This document shows, piece after piece, positions 1 through 9,177 of a stretch of DNA of 64,000 nucleotides. The stretch is taken from NCBI GenBank assembly GCA_965661345.1, contig CBFIDK010000004.1, positions 7,503-71,502 on the forward strand, written 5' to 3'. Position 1 is the first letter of the stretch; the number at the start of each line of letters is the position of its first letter. The notes under the pieces were generated by a model. That model made no database searches. It worked only from the letters and a program-made list of their open reading frames with translations, and was not told where the DNA came from. Position numbers and translations under genes: made by a program. The DNA comes from Flavobacteriales bacterium. GTDB taxonomy: Bacteria; Bacteroidota; Bacteroidia; Flavobacteriales; UBA7312.

Positions 1-2152
1 TAGTTCTAAACACAGATCCTCGCAGGTTTGATTTTTTATCTATGTTGAAAATAATACTGGCTGATGGGTAAAGACCAACAGATATTGTATCCGATTCAGA
101 AATAATTGTATTATCAGATAATACCAGTTCATTATCATAAAGTCGTGAACCGTCTTGATTAACACCAGTATAATATTGCTTATAATTCTCTAATCTAAGT
201 CCAAAAATTCCTTTTAACTGATCGTTAAGATCAACTTCTTCAGAGATATAGGCCGAAAAATTAGATTGAATTCCTTCATATTTATTACTAGCCTGATACT
301 CTCCTCCAATATAAAATCCTGTATTTGTATTAATGTCGTATAAATAATCGCTTAATAACTCATTCGGATTTCCACTATATACATTTGATCCGTAATTGAT
401 AGGATAAACGATATATCTTAAAATGTCATAATTCCTTAGTTTATATGTATATCCTGCACCATATTTGATTTTTGCTTTTCTTCCATAAAGCTCATGCTCT
501 TTGGTGACATCAATACGAGAAGCTAAATTGTATTCATTGAGATTTCTCCACATTCTTGAAGGGTAACCAGCGCCACTTGGAGAAAAATAATACACTGTGT
601 CGTTATCGATGATTTCAACTTCATATGCTGACTCACGTACATCTTTGTCTCTAATTTTAGAATAAGTTGGGGAAATTTTCCATTCTACTTTTGTTTTACC
701 TTCATCTAAATTATGGGTTCCTGATAATAATAAATTACTGATTGAACGTTCGCTAAAATCTAAGTTTTCCTTCTTAACCGTATTGAAATTACTTTCGTAA
801 TTATTTAGAAAAAATAAACCTGCTTTTTTTTCAGCATTTTGTAAATGCAGAACATTAAGTTTATACTTTGCATTATTGATCTTAATTGCACCTCCGGCCA
901 TTGCACTTAATAAGGCGCTACTTTTCCCGACATCTCCTTGTTGTTTTTTTGAAACAAATAAATCATAATCTAAAGGATCTGAAGATTTTTCAAATGAGTT
1001 TTGAATCTGATCTTTGTAAAATGAAAATTTATTTTTGTAGGAAAATGCTCCACTGTAACCAATAGTCTTATCTTGAATAGTAATTTGATTTCCTCCTGAT
1101 AAACTCAAGCTCCCACCATTAAAATTCATTGTAGAATTATTAGTAATACTATTGTAAAGTTTAAAAAACTTATTGTTAGAAAAATAGTCTTTGCCTCTTT
1201 CTGTTGCCATCTGTGGATTGAACAACAGAGTATTTGGCATAGTTTCTGGATTTATTCTCGGATCTTGTACAGTCTGTACATCTAGTATCTTATTGGCAAG
1301 TGGAAAATCTCTATTACCATCATCATGAGCTAAGTAATCTGTTTCTCCACCATAGTAAGTTAAAAAATCACCATTTAAATCTACTTTATTATTATAACTT
1401 ATCGAAGACGAGCCTTTTAAAGTCATAATTTCTGGAAATGATTTAATATTAATATCAATTACACCACCAGTGAAATCTGCAGGTAAATCAGCTGTAAAAG
1501 ACTTAGATACAATAATATTATCCACAATATTAGTAGGAAAAATATCCATTTGTAAAGAGTTTCTGTCTGGATCTAAACCAGGAATATCTAGCCCATTAAA
1601 TGTTGTTTTAGTATATCTGTCACCCAAGCCTCTTACATAAACGTATTTGCCACCTTGTAAAGATACGCCTGGAATACGAACAACAGCTGCCGCGGCATTA
1701 CCGTCTCCCATTTTTTTGAAATTTTGAGAAGATATCCCATCAATAACATTGACCGACTTTTTTTTAATTGTAAGTAATGCTGTTTCAGTATTTTTGATAG
1801 CCTCAGCTGTAATAGTTACCACATCAACAGCAATAGCTGAAGATTTCAAGCGTATTGTACCTAGATTTGTTACTTCGCCAGCCTCTACTTTTACCTCAGA
1901 AATTTGTAATGTTTGATATCCAATAAAAGAAAATGATAAAGTATAAATACCTGGTTCAACTTTTAAATCGAAATTTCCATCAAAATCAGCAGACGCACCA
2001 ATACTAGATCCTACGATTCCTGCATTTGCTGCAAACAATGGCTCTGCATTTTCATCATCAATTATTGTACCTCTTATTATCGTCTCATTTGCTAAAACAA
2101 AGTGATTAATAATTAATAGTAGTAAAATAAAAAAACCTGCCTTACTTTTCAT
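1..2152 (-). CDS. TonB-dependent outer-membrane receptor with N-terminal carboxypeptidase-regulatory-like domain and plug (C-terminal part lies beyond the window edge)
   Basis: Own minus-strand translation from ATG 2152-2150: MKSKAGFFILLLLIINHFVLANETIIRGTIIDDENAEPLFAANAG..., later ...RIPGVSLQGGKYVYVRGLGDRY... (plug-type signature). The frame appears open to position 1, which would explain its absence from the closed-ORF track. Confidence 0.8.
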   Translation of the reverse strand, partial: MKSKAGFFILLLLIINHFVLANETIIRGTIIDDENAEPLFAANAGIVGSSIGASADFDGNFDLKVEPGIYTLSFSFIGYQTLQISEVKVEAGEVTNLGTIRLKSSAIAVDVVTITAEAIKNTETALLTIKKKSVNVIDGISSQNFKKMGDGNAAAAVVRIPGVSLQGGKYVYVRGLGDRYTKTTFNGLDIPGLDPDRNSLQMDIFPTNIVDNIIVSKSFTADLPADFTGGVIDINIKSFPEIMTLKGSSSISYNNKVDLNGDFLTYYGGETDYLAHDDGNRDFPLANKILDVQTVQDPRINPETMPNTLLFNPQMATERGKDYFSNNKFFKLYNSITNNSTMNFNGGSLSLSGGNQITIQDKTIGYSGAFSYKNKFSFYKDQIQNSFEKSSDPLDYDLFVSKKQQGDVGKSSALLSAMAGGAIKINNAKYKLNVLHLQNAEKKAGLFFLNNYESNFNTVKKENLDFSERSISNLLLSGTHNLDEGKTKVEWKISPTYSKIRDKDVRESAYEVEIIDNDTVYYFSPSGAGYPSRMWRNLNEYNLASRIDVTKEHELYGRKAKIKYGAGYTYKLRNYDILRYIVYPINYGSNVYSGNPNELLSDYLYDINTNTGFYIGGEYQASNKYEGIQSNFSAYISEEVDLNDQLKGIFGLRLENYKQYYTGVNQDGSRLYDNELVLSDNTIISESDTISVGLYPSASIIFNIDKKSNLRGSVFRT

Positions 2153-2195
2153 TTTCTTTGCGATATATTTTCAATAATTTTACACAGCATTTCCT

Positions 2196-2227
2196 AAAAA
2201 CTCCACCATATTTTGGTGGAGTTTTTT
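2196..2227 (-). terminator. Rho-independent terminator between the lipoprotein gene and the TonB-dependent receptor gene
   Basis: CTCCACCA-TATT-TTGGTGGAG stem-loop flanked by an A-run and a T-run. Confidence 0.6.
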
Positions 2228-2244
2228 AGGGAATTTATTAGTTT

Positions 2245-3456
2245 TTAGTTTTCACTAAAATAACATGTCCATGAAACAAATTTCGATTCATCAGCACCTA
2301 CAGTTGGTGTTGTAACATCTGTAGCATTGAAATTTGCATTGCTGCCAGTTTGATCATCACAAATTTCTGACACCATGTTTTTACAAGAGTCAGCTAAGTG
2401 AGACGTGTTAAATTGTAAATTTGAGAATGTTAAAGCAGAAGCTCCATTTGTATTTGTTGACCCATCAATCTCAAAGTCAGATTCGCAAGAAAAGTTATAG
2501 AAATATAAGTTTGTAAGGTTTCCTGTTGCTTCTTTTCTAAAGTCAGCATATTCGCCACCTCCTGGGTAAAACCCTTTTAAAGTGCCATTTGACATTGTAA
2601 ACTGCCCTACCATAGAACCTTCTGGGCCATCAATTTCTAAAGCATGATCAGACTCAGCATCAGCTATTCCCATAAAGTTACTAATTGTTCCAGAGTATGA
2701 TTGATCAATATCAAAGGCGTCGTCACCTTGTGCCCACACTAAAGCGTGATTGATATTAACGGAGCCTCCGAAGCACTCTATTCCATCATCAACATTCCCA
2801 ATGACCTCTACGTATTCAACTGTTGTTCCAGAGCCTACTCCACCAAGTGTAAGACCATTAATTTCATTATCGTCTCCGAGTAAAGTTCCTCCGTGACGGA
2901 TTTGGATATATCTAATAATTCCTGAATTATCATTATTGTCTGAGCCACCATATAATCCATTTGAATCAGATGCTGGAATGCCTTCAATTTGTTTTTCGGC
3001 AGCATCAGCTGATATTTCTGCATTACCAAGAATAATTACCCCTCCCCAATAGCCTTTGTATGATTCATCAAGGTTTGCAAAACCAGGATAATTTGAGTGA
3101 GTATTAGTAATTTGATCAGCTGTTGTTGTAAAAATAATTGGCTCAGAAGCAGTGCCTTCAGCCATCAGTTTACCCCCTCTCGCAATGATTAAAGCGCAAG
3201 CGTTAGCCTCTTGTCCTGGGTAGGCTTTAACAACCGTACCAGCTTCTATTGTTAAAGTTACACCTGAAGGAACAACAACACGCCCTGAAAGTTCGTATAC
3301 ATTATCTTTTGTCCAGGTTACATTTTCTGAGATAACACCTGAATATTCAGTTGTTATATTGGGTGTTGGAATAGGAGCGGGTTCACTATCACCACCACAA
3401 GATATAATAGCGAAAGATGTAATTATTAATGTTAGTTTTAAAATTGATTTTTTCAT
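2245..3456 (-). CDS. Secreted lipoprotein of unknown function (repetitive G/D/N-rich, possibly beta-helix-like)
   Basis: 403-aa ORF. Lipoprotein signal MKKSILKLTLIITSFAIISCGG. Lies directly upstream of the TonB-dependent receptor gene on the same strand. Confidence 0.7.
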   Translation of the reverse strand: MKKSILKLTLIITSFAIISCGGDSEPAPIPTPNITTEYSGVISENVTWTKDNVYELSGRVVVPSGVTLTIEAGTVVKAYPGQEANACALIIARGGKLMAEGTASEPIIFTTTADQITNTHSNYPGFANLDESYKGYWGGVIILGNAEISADAAEKQIEGIPASDSNGLYGGSDNNDNSGIIRYIQIRHGGTLLGDDNEINGLTLGGVGSGTTVEYVEVIGNVDDGIECFGGSVNINHALVWAQGDDAFDIDQSYSGTISNFMGIADAESDHALEIDGPEGSMVGQFTMSNGTLKGFYPGGGEYADFRKEATGNLTNLYFYNFSCESDFEIDGSTNTNGASALTFSNLQFNTSHLADSCKNMVSEICDDQTGSNANFNATDVTTPTVGADESKFVSWTCYFSEN

Positions 3457-3553
3457 TTTTAATTAGTTTTAAATTTGTTTCTGCAAACAAACAGACTAAC
3501 TGTATACTTTAAGTGATGTAATAATTATCAAAAAAGAAATTTTTACTGCAAAA

Positions 3554-3574
3554 ATTGTAAAGTAATTGTAAAGT
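3554..3574. promoter_or_regulatory. Tandem direct repeat ATTGTAAAGT-A-ATTGTAAAGT, candidate OmpR/PhoB-type response-regulator box
   Basis: Two identical 10-mers with 11-bp periodicity, upstream of the lipoprotein gene. A related TGTAAAGTA occurs at 4322-4330 upstream of the regulator gene. Confidence 0.35.
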
Positions 3575-3585
3575 CATTAATGAAT

Positions 3586-4251
3586 TCAAGGTAATATCTT
3601 GTAGCCTACTCCTTTTACAGTAATTATTGAATTTGGTCCTAAAGCCTCTCTAATACTTCTTATGTGAACATCAATAGTTCTACTACCCACAAATACTTTT
3701 AGCCCCCAAACATTGGAATATATTTCATCCCTTGTGAATACCTTTCCTGGCCTTGAAGAAAGTAAACAAAAGATCTTGAATTGTTTTTTTGGCAATAAAA
3801 TATCCTTATTCATGTATTTTATTGTATGTGATGGAAAGTCTATAATAAAGTCATTTACTTTCTTAAAGCCCTTAAAGTCATTACTTGAGAATTTTATTTT
3901 CAACAATCCATTTATTTTGTTAATCAAAAGTTTAGGATTTATTGGTTTTGTAATAAAATCATTACATCCTGCCTTATATGCAGCTATTTTAGTATAGTTT
4001 TCATTTCTTGCGGATAAAATTACAATAATGATGTTGTTATTTCCTGAATCCCTGACTTCTTGACAAACTTCAATACCATCTATCTCAGGCATCATTATGT
4101 CCAAAATTGCAATATCTGGATTTTCTGATTTTATTTTATTTAAAGCATCAATTCCGTCACCAGACTTTATAACAGTGAAATTAGCTTGTCTAAGGTTGTA
4201 TGACAAAAACTCTAGCGTATCATGTTCGTCATCAACAATTAAAATTTTCAT
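3586..4251 (-). CDS. OmpR/PhoB-family response regulator (receiver + winged-helix domain); no sensor kinase adjacent
   Basis: 221 aa. MKILIVDDEHD...DIAILDIMMPEIDG receiver motifs. C-terminal ...FTRDEIYSNVWG...TIDVHIRSIREAL...VKGVGYKI winged helix. Confidence 0.9.
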   Translation of the reverse strand: MKILIVDDEHDTLEFLSYNLRQANFTVIKSGDGIDALNKIKSENPDIAILDIMMPEIDGIEVCQEVRDSGNNNIIIVILSARNENYTKIAAYKAGCNDFITKPINPKLLINKINGLLKIKFSSNDFKGFKKVNDFIIDFPSHTIKYMNKDILLPKKQFKIFCLLSSRPGKVFTRDEIYSNVWGLKVFVGSRTIDVHIRSIREALGPNSIITVKGVGYKILP

Positions 4252-4338
4252 TTTTTATTTCAAAAGTATACCTCAAAAACATTAGCTTAATTAAACTACA
4301 GTTAAATGTTTTTTAAAAAAATGTAAAGTAAAAAATAT

Positions 4339-4414
4339 AAAAAAGCGGAAAACAATCTCAAATTGAGATGGATTCCGCTTTGGTGGACCTAAGTGTCCTT
4401 ATTTCGAACTTTTT
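4339..4414 (-). repeat. tRNA-Val terminator/att-like repeat, copy R1 (outermost)
   Basis: AAAAAGCGGAAAACAATCTCAAATTGAGATGGATTCCGCTTTGGTGGACCTAAGTGTCCTTATTTCGAAC. This copy has no recombinase-3' relic on its left side. Confidence 0.85.
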
Positions 4415-4636
4415 CACATAACTTTAATTCTTAACAATTTCTTAAATCATGAGCTTGAAATTAACGAAAACCTAATGAATGCATAGCTTTAACCTTTGGT
4501 TAACTCAATATGTGCGCTTTATAGTTGCTCTACTATATTTTAAATAGTTTTATTCTATATTAGCTTTGTATATCTTGCTGAAATTATATCCCTTGTTGCT
4601 AAACATACTTTAATCTATTTTTTACGTTTTTTAATT

Positions 4637-4864
4637 ATGAAGAAAAAAGGCAGGCCATCAAGAAAAAAAAAGAAATTAAAAAATGGATACTATATGTCAA
4701 TTTGTAATTCTATTTCATCAAAACCTGTAAGAATAATGAGAGATACCTTTGAAGAAATGAAATTAGTTGAGGAAAAATTTAGAAATCGTGATTTTAAGTA
4801 TCTTGGTCAGGTCAGAGATAATAAATGGCTAGATGGAGAAAACAAAGGCAAGACAACTAATTGA
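4637..4864 (+). CDS. Hypothetical small basic protein
   Basis: 75-aa ORF only; lysine-rich N-terminus; no recognisable motif. Confidence 0.3.
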   Translation: MKKKGRPSRKKKKLKNGYYMSICNSISSKPVRIMRDTFEEMKLVEEKFRNRDFKYLGQVRDNKWLDGENKGKTTN

Positions 4865-4980
4865 TATTACCATTAAATAATAAATAATTAATTTTTTTGA
4901 ACAAAACCACTCAATTAAGTAGTTTTTTAAATCCTTGATTTATTTTCATATTTAACTGTTTGTAATAAATTTAGTTATAT

Positions 4981-5514
4981 TTGATAATCTTAAAAAAAAT
5001 TCAAAACATTCCATCATTAGATAAGTTGACTACTGCGCTATCTGAGGCAGATAAGGCTAGCTATTGTGATATATTACGTGCAATTAATTTTAGCCCTAAA
5101 GAACTTTCAAAATATTCTTCATGGTCTGAGGATTATTATACAAGAAACTGTATTCTAAATTGCGATAAGTTTGAATTAATACTCATATGCTGGTGTAGGA
5201 GCCATAAAACACCTATTCACGATCATGGAGGTGAAGAATGTTGGGTTAAGGTAATTAGCGGTCAGCTTGAAGAAGTCATTTATGGAAAGAATGAAAATGA
5301 CGAATTAACTGTTTTAAGAACATTAGTCTCAAAAAAAAATCAAGTTACTTATATGAAAGATTTTATGGGGTTTCATAGTTTAGAAAACACTTCAGATAAA
5401 AGATGTATGACGCTTCATTTGTATGCAAAACCCATTAGAAAATGCAATGTTTTTGATGAAGATTCAAAAACTTTCATAAATAAAGAAATGGTTTATCATA
5501 CAATACCAAATTAA
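4981..5514 (+). CDS. Cysteine dioxygenase type I-like cupin
   Basis: 177 aa. TPIHDHGGEECWVKVISGQLEEVIYG resembles the eukaryotic CDO core (IHDH...C.LK.L.G.L.E). Non-ATG (TTG) start in the track. Confidence 0.75.
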   Translation: MIILKKIQNIPSLDKLTTALSEADKASYCDILRAINFSPKELSKYSSWSEDYYTRNCILNCDKFELILICWCRSHKTPIHDHGGEECWVKVISGQLEEVIYGKNENDELTVLRTLVSKKNQVTYMKDFMGFHSLENTSDKRCMTLHLYAKPIRKCNVFDEDSKTFINKEMVYHTIPN

Positions 5515-5524
5515 AAATTAAACT

Positions 5525-6922
5525 ATGACTACAATAAAAAACGATTTAAAATTATTCAATCAGCTTGCAGAAGTTTTAATTAGCGAAGAAAGTCAAAACC
5601 CTGTTGCTGAAAGAATAGAAGTAAATCAATTATATGATACTCTGGATTTATCTTTAGGCGAAAATGGTATTATTGATGAAAATTTAAAATCGTTGTTAAG
5701 AGATGTTTTAATAGCAACCCCAAAAACAGCAACAAGTTTATTTTTTAATCAACTTTTTGGAGGCAGGCAACCCAAAGCAATATTGGGTGATTTATTGGCT
5801 GTATTACTAAATAATAGTATGTACACCTACAAAGTAGCAGGTCCTCAGGTGGGTATAGAGCAAGAAATTATTAGAAAATCTTGCCAATTAGTTGGTTATG
5901 GTCCAAATAGTAATGGAACATTTCCAACAGGAGGGTCTATGAGCAATTACATGGCTTTAATTTTAGGGCGAGATGTAAAAGACCCTAAATGTCGTTTTGA
6001 TGGAATGACAAAACCCTTAATTATTTATACTTCTATTGAATCACATTATTCGAACGCTAAAAATGTAAGTTTCGCAGGTATTGGTAGAAATAATATTCGA
6101 TATATAGAAGTTGATAGCGAGGGCAAAATGATAGTTGAAAAGTTAGAAGAACAAATTAAAGAAGATATTAAAAATGGCTGCATTCCAACCTATGTAAATG
6201 CAACAGCAGGCACTACAGTTTTAGGAGCTTTTGATCCACTTGACAAAATTGCAGATATTACTGAAAAATACAATATTTGGTTACATGTAGATGGGGCATA
6301 TTGTGGTAGCGTGATGTTTAGCAAAAAATATAAACACCTTCTGAAAGGAGTAGAAAGATCTGATTCATTTAGTTACAATGCCCATAAAATGCTGGGAACT
6401 CCCTTAACTTGTTCTATTCTTTTAGTAAATGATAAAAAACATTTACACAATTCCTTTAGTAATGATGCCAGTTATTTGTACCAAACAGATGGCGATGATT
6501 TTAATTTGGGTAAAACCTCCTTTCAATGTGGAAGAAGAAATGACGCTTTAAAGTTCTGGACACTTTGGAAATCTGTGGGAATTAATGGATTAGAAAAAAT
6601 TATAAATCAACAATTCGAATTGGCTAAATTTGCCATTGATTACATTAAGAATAATCCTAATTATACCTTATATAGTTTTGATGACTCTATTTCTGTTTGC
6701 TTTAATTATAAAGACGTTGACCCTGTAAAATTATGTGCTGCTTTATATGAAAATCAAGAAACTGTTGTTGGTTTTGGTTCCTTTCAGGAAGATACCTTCG
6801 TAAGGTTTGTAACCATTAATGCAAATAACAGTAAAAATAACATCTTGAATTTTTTCAAAATTCTAGAAGATTTTGTTGCCAAAACACCTCAATTAAGAGT
6901 CACATCAGTATTAAATGTATAA
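5525..6922 (+). CDS. PLP-dependent group II decarboxylase, cysteine-sulfinate/glutamate decarboxylase-like
   Basis: 465 aa. SFSYNAHKMLGTPLTCSILLV matches the PLP-lysine region of GAD/CSAD enzymes (N.HKM.G.PL.CS.LL). Confidence 0.85.
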   Translation: MTTIKNDLKLFNQLAEVLISEESQNPVAERIEVNQLYDTLDLSLGENGIIDENLKSLLRDVLIATPKTATSLFFNQLFGGRQPKAILGDLLAVLLNNSMYTYKVAGPQVGIEQEIIRKSCQLVGYGPNSNGTFPTGGSMSNYMALILGRDVKDPKCRFDGMTKPLIIYTSIESHYSNAKNVSFAGIGRNNIRYIEVDSEGKMIVEKLEEQIKEDIKNGCIPTYVNATAGTTVLGAFDPLDKIADITEKYNIWLHVDGAYCGSVMFSKKYKHLLKGVERSDSFSYNAHKMLGTPLTCSILLVNDKKHLHNSFSNDASYLYQTDGDDFNLGKTSFQCGRRNDALKFWTLWKSVGINGLEKIINQQFELAKFAIDYIKNNPNYTLYSFDDSISVCFNYKDVDPVKLCAALYENQETVVGFGSFQEDTFVRFVTINANNSKNNILNFFKILEDFVAKTPQLRVTSVLNV

Positions 6923-6953
6923 GCTGTTTACATAAATATAATTTTAAGTTATA

Positions 6954-8486
6954 GTGATAGATCAAAATTTAGTAATCAAATTAGCTGTGCTAGCTGTTTA
7001 TGTTGGAATTCTTTTTCTTATTGGGCTTTTAGCTTCTAGCAAAATAAAAGGGATGAGTGATTACTATGTTGGCGGCAAAAAAATGGGGTTTTGGGCGGTT
7101 GCTTTTTCTGCAAGAGCCACAGGTGAATCTGGTTGGTTATTGATTGGACTAACAGGAATGGGAGCTATTGCGGGTTATTCTGCTTATTGGGTTGTTATAG
7201 GAGAATTGTTAGGTGTTTTTATTTCTTGGCAATTTATGGCAAAACTTTTCAAAAAAAGATCAGATGCTTTTGGCGCAATTACAATTCCAGATTACTTACA
7301 ATCTCATTTTAAAACATCGACTCATACGTTGAGAATAATAGCTTCTTTTATGCTGGTTGTTTTTATAGTTATTTATGTAGCTTCTCAGATAGATGTTACG
7401 GGTGTAGCCTTCGAATCTATGCTTGGAATAAATTACAAATTAGGTGCTTTGATTGGGTTTTTCATTGTGCTTGCATATATCTTCCTTGGTGGATTTGTAG
7501 CTGCGGTTTGGTCTGATTTTTTTCAGGGATTGCTAATGTTCTTTGGTTTAGTTTTATTACCTATTGTTGTTTGGTTTTCTATGGATCATGGCGCCGGAAT
7601 TAGTGCTGAACTTAACGCTATAGATCCTACGCTGACCAATATTATGGGTAGAAGTTCTGATGGTTGGATGAACCTTTTTACTATTCTTGGATTTTCAATG
7701 ATAGGTCTTGGTTTTTTGGGATCACCTCAAGTATATGTAAGATTTATGTCGATTAAAGACAAAAAAGAAATTGACAAAGGAAAATGGATTGCCTGTATAT
7801 TTACCTTGTTAACAGATGCTGCCGCAGTAACTATTGGAATTTTAGCACGTATCTATTTTACTTCAGAGGGACAAGATCCTGAAGTTGTTTTAGGAAATAA
7901 TGGAGAAGGTGTTTTAGGTATGATTACAGAATCGTTTTTGCCAACAATTTTGGCTGCCATTTTTGTGGCTATTGTTTTATCTGCAATTATGTCTACGATA
8001 GATTCTTTATTAATATTGGCCTCAAGTGCCATTACTCGAGATTTTTATCAGAAAATATTTAGACCCGATATCAAAAATGAAAATCTCACGAAATTTTCTA
8101 GGAGATCTACTGTAATTATAGCATTTTCAGCTTTAATTATTGCATTAATTATGAACTATGTTTCTCCGGATCGACAAATATTCTGGGTGATTATATTTGG
8201 TTGGTCTGGAATTGCAGCCACATTTTGTCCGGTAATTATACTAACTCTTTTCTGGAAAGGTTATTCTGAAAAAGGAGCTATTGCTTCTATGGCTTCTGGA
8301 TTTATAGCGGTTATGTTATTCAATTTTATTTTTAAAGAAATGGAAACTATAGGGGCGTATTTTGTCGCTTTAGATGTATTATTCCCAGCATTCTTAGTGT
8401 CTATTATTGTTGGTTTTGTTGTTTCTAAATTATACCCTCCAAGCAAAGAAGCTCAAAATATGATTGAAAGAATTGACAATGGGTAA
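6954..8486 (+). CDS. Sodium:solute symporter (SSF family, PutP/PanF-like)
   Basis: 510-aa polytopic membrane protein with typical SSF N-terminus and multiple TM segments. Confidence 0.85.
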   Translation: MIDQNLVIKLAVLAVYVGILFLIGLLASSKIKGMSDYYVGGKKMGFWAVAFSARATGESGWLLIGLTGMGAIAGYSAYWVVIGELLGVFISWQFMAKLFKKRSDAFGAITIPDYLQSHFKTSTHTLRIIASFMLVVFIVIYVASQIDVTGVAFESMLGINYKLGALIGFFIVLAYIFLGGFVAAVWSDFFQGLLMFFGLVLLPIVVWFSMDHGAGISAELNAIDPTLTNIMGRSSDGWMNLFTILGFSMIGLGFLGSPQVYVRFMSIKDKKEIDKGKWIACIFTLLTDAAAVTIGILARIYFTSEGQDPEVVLGNNGEGVLGMITESFLPTILAAIFVAIVLSAIMSTIDSLLILASSAITRDFYQKIFRPDIKNENLTKFSRRSTVIIAFSALIIALIMNYVSPDRQIFWVIIFGWSGIAATFCPVIILTLFWKGYSEKGAIASMASGFIAVMLFNFIFKEMETIGAYFVALDVLFPAFLVSIIVGFVVSKLYPPSKEAQNMIERIDNG

Positions 8487-8520
8487 ATATTCATTGTTTA
8501 GTTTGCATTTTTTTAATTTA

Positions 8521-8607
8521 TCTTGAGAATAAAAAAGCGGAACACTGTCTCAAAATGAGATGGATTACGCTTTGGTGGACCTAAGCGTCCTTATTTCGAA
8601 CTTTTTT
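8521..8607 (-). repeat. tRNA-Val terminator/att-like repeat, copy R2
   Basis: TCTTGAGAATAAAAAAGCGGAACACTGTCTCAAAATGAGATGGATTACGCTTTGGTGGACCTAAGCGTCCTTATTTCGAAC. Confidence 0.85.
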
Positions 8608-8986
8608 ATTTAGCTTTTATAAACCCTATGATTGAAATTATATAGACAATAATGTCCGGAATTACCATTCCAAAACTAAAATTCATTAATGGCTCATTAG
8701 AAAATACAGTGAAAAACATTAACATTAAAATTGATGTGCCAATAATGTAAGACAGTAATATTTTTTTTGCTGTTTCTAAAGAAGAATTTCTACATAAAAT
8801 ACATATTAAACCGATTATTAAAATAGCAGGAAATAATCCATAGTGCATTATTTCAACCATTCTAATTGCTTCCTGAGCTTGAGTGTTAAGCATAGTTGGA
8901 GCCATTTTTGTAATTGTGAATGCCATAACAAGTGACATTATGATATTAAACCCTCCAACAATTGATAAAGTAATTTTTGTTTTCAT
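8606..8986 (-). CDS. Small integral membrane protein (about 4 TM), unknown function
   Basis: 126-aa hydrophobic ORF. Its stop codon abuts repeat R2. Confidence 0.55.
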   Translation of the reverse strand: MKTKITLSIVGGFNIIMSLVMAFTITKMAPTMLNTQAQEAIRMVEIMHYGLFPAILIIGLICILCRNSSLETAKKILLSYIIGTSILMLMFFTVFSNEPLMNFSFGMVIPDIIVYIISIIGFIKAK

Positions 8987-9030
8987 AAATTTTTTATTTT
9001 TAACAATAATACAAAAATCTACTCAATTTA

Positions 9031-9079
9031 GTGGGGATCTTTTTTGTGGACCTAAGTGTCCTTTTTTCGAACTTTTTTT
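9031..9079 (-). repeat. Degenerate copy R2' of the att-like repeat (stub half retained, terminator half largely lost)
   Basis: GTGGGGATCTTTTTTGTGGACCTAAGTGTCCTTTTTTCGAAC, compared with ...GATGGATTCCGCTTTGGTGGACCTAAGTGTCCTTATTTCGAAC. Confidence 0.6.
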
Positions 9080-9177
9080 GAAAATCTGCTATATATATTA
9101 GCTATTCAGTGATTTATTTATGTTGGTTAAAGATGATATTTGAAATTTTGCATAAAAATAATTTTAATTAAAAAACT

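Noticed and set aside
4381-4409. T-arm/acceptor-like stubs (GTTCGAAATAAGGACACTTAGGTCCACCA; also at 8573-8601, 12710-12738 and 17033-17056) as possible additional tRNA genes
   Set aside because: Only a 3'-end-like segment is present. There is no D-arm, anticodon arm or 5' acceptor strand, and the T-stem cannot be closed. They are treated as element-borne pseudo-3' ends.
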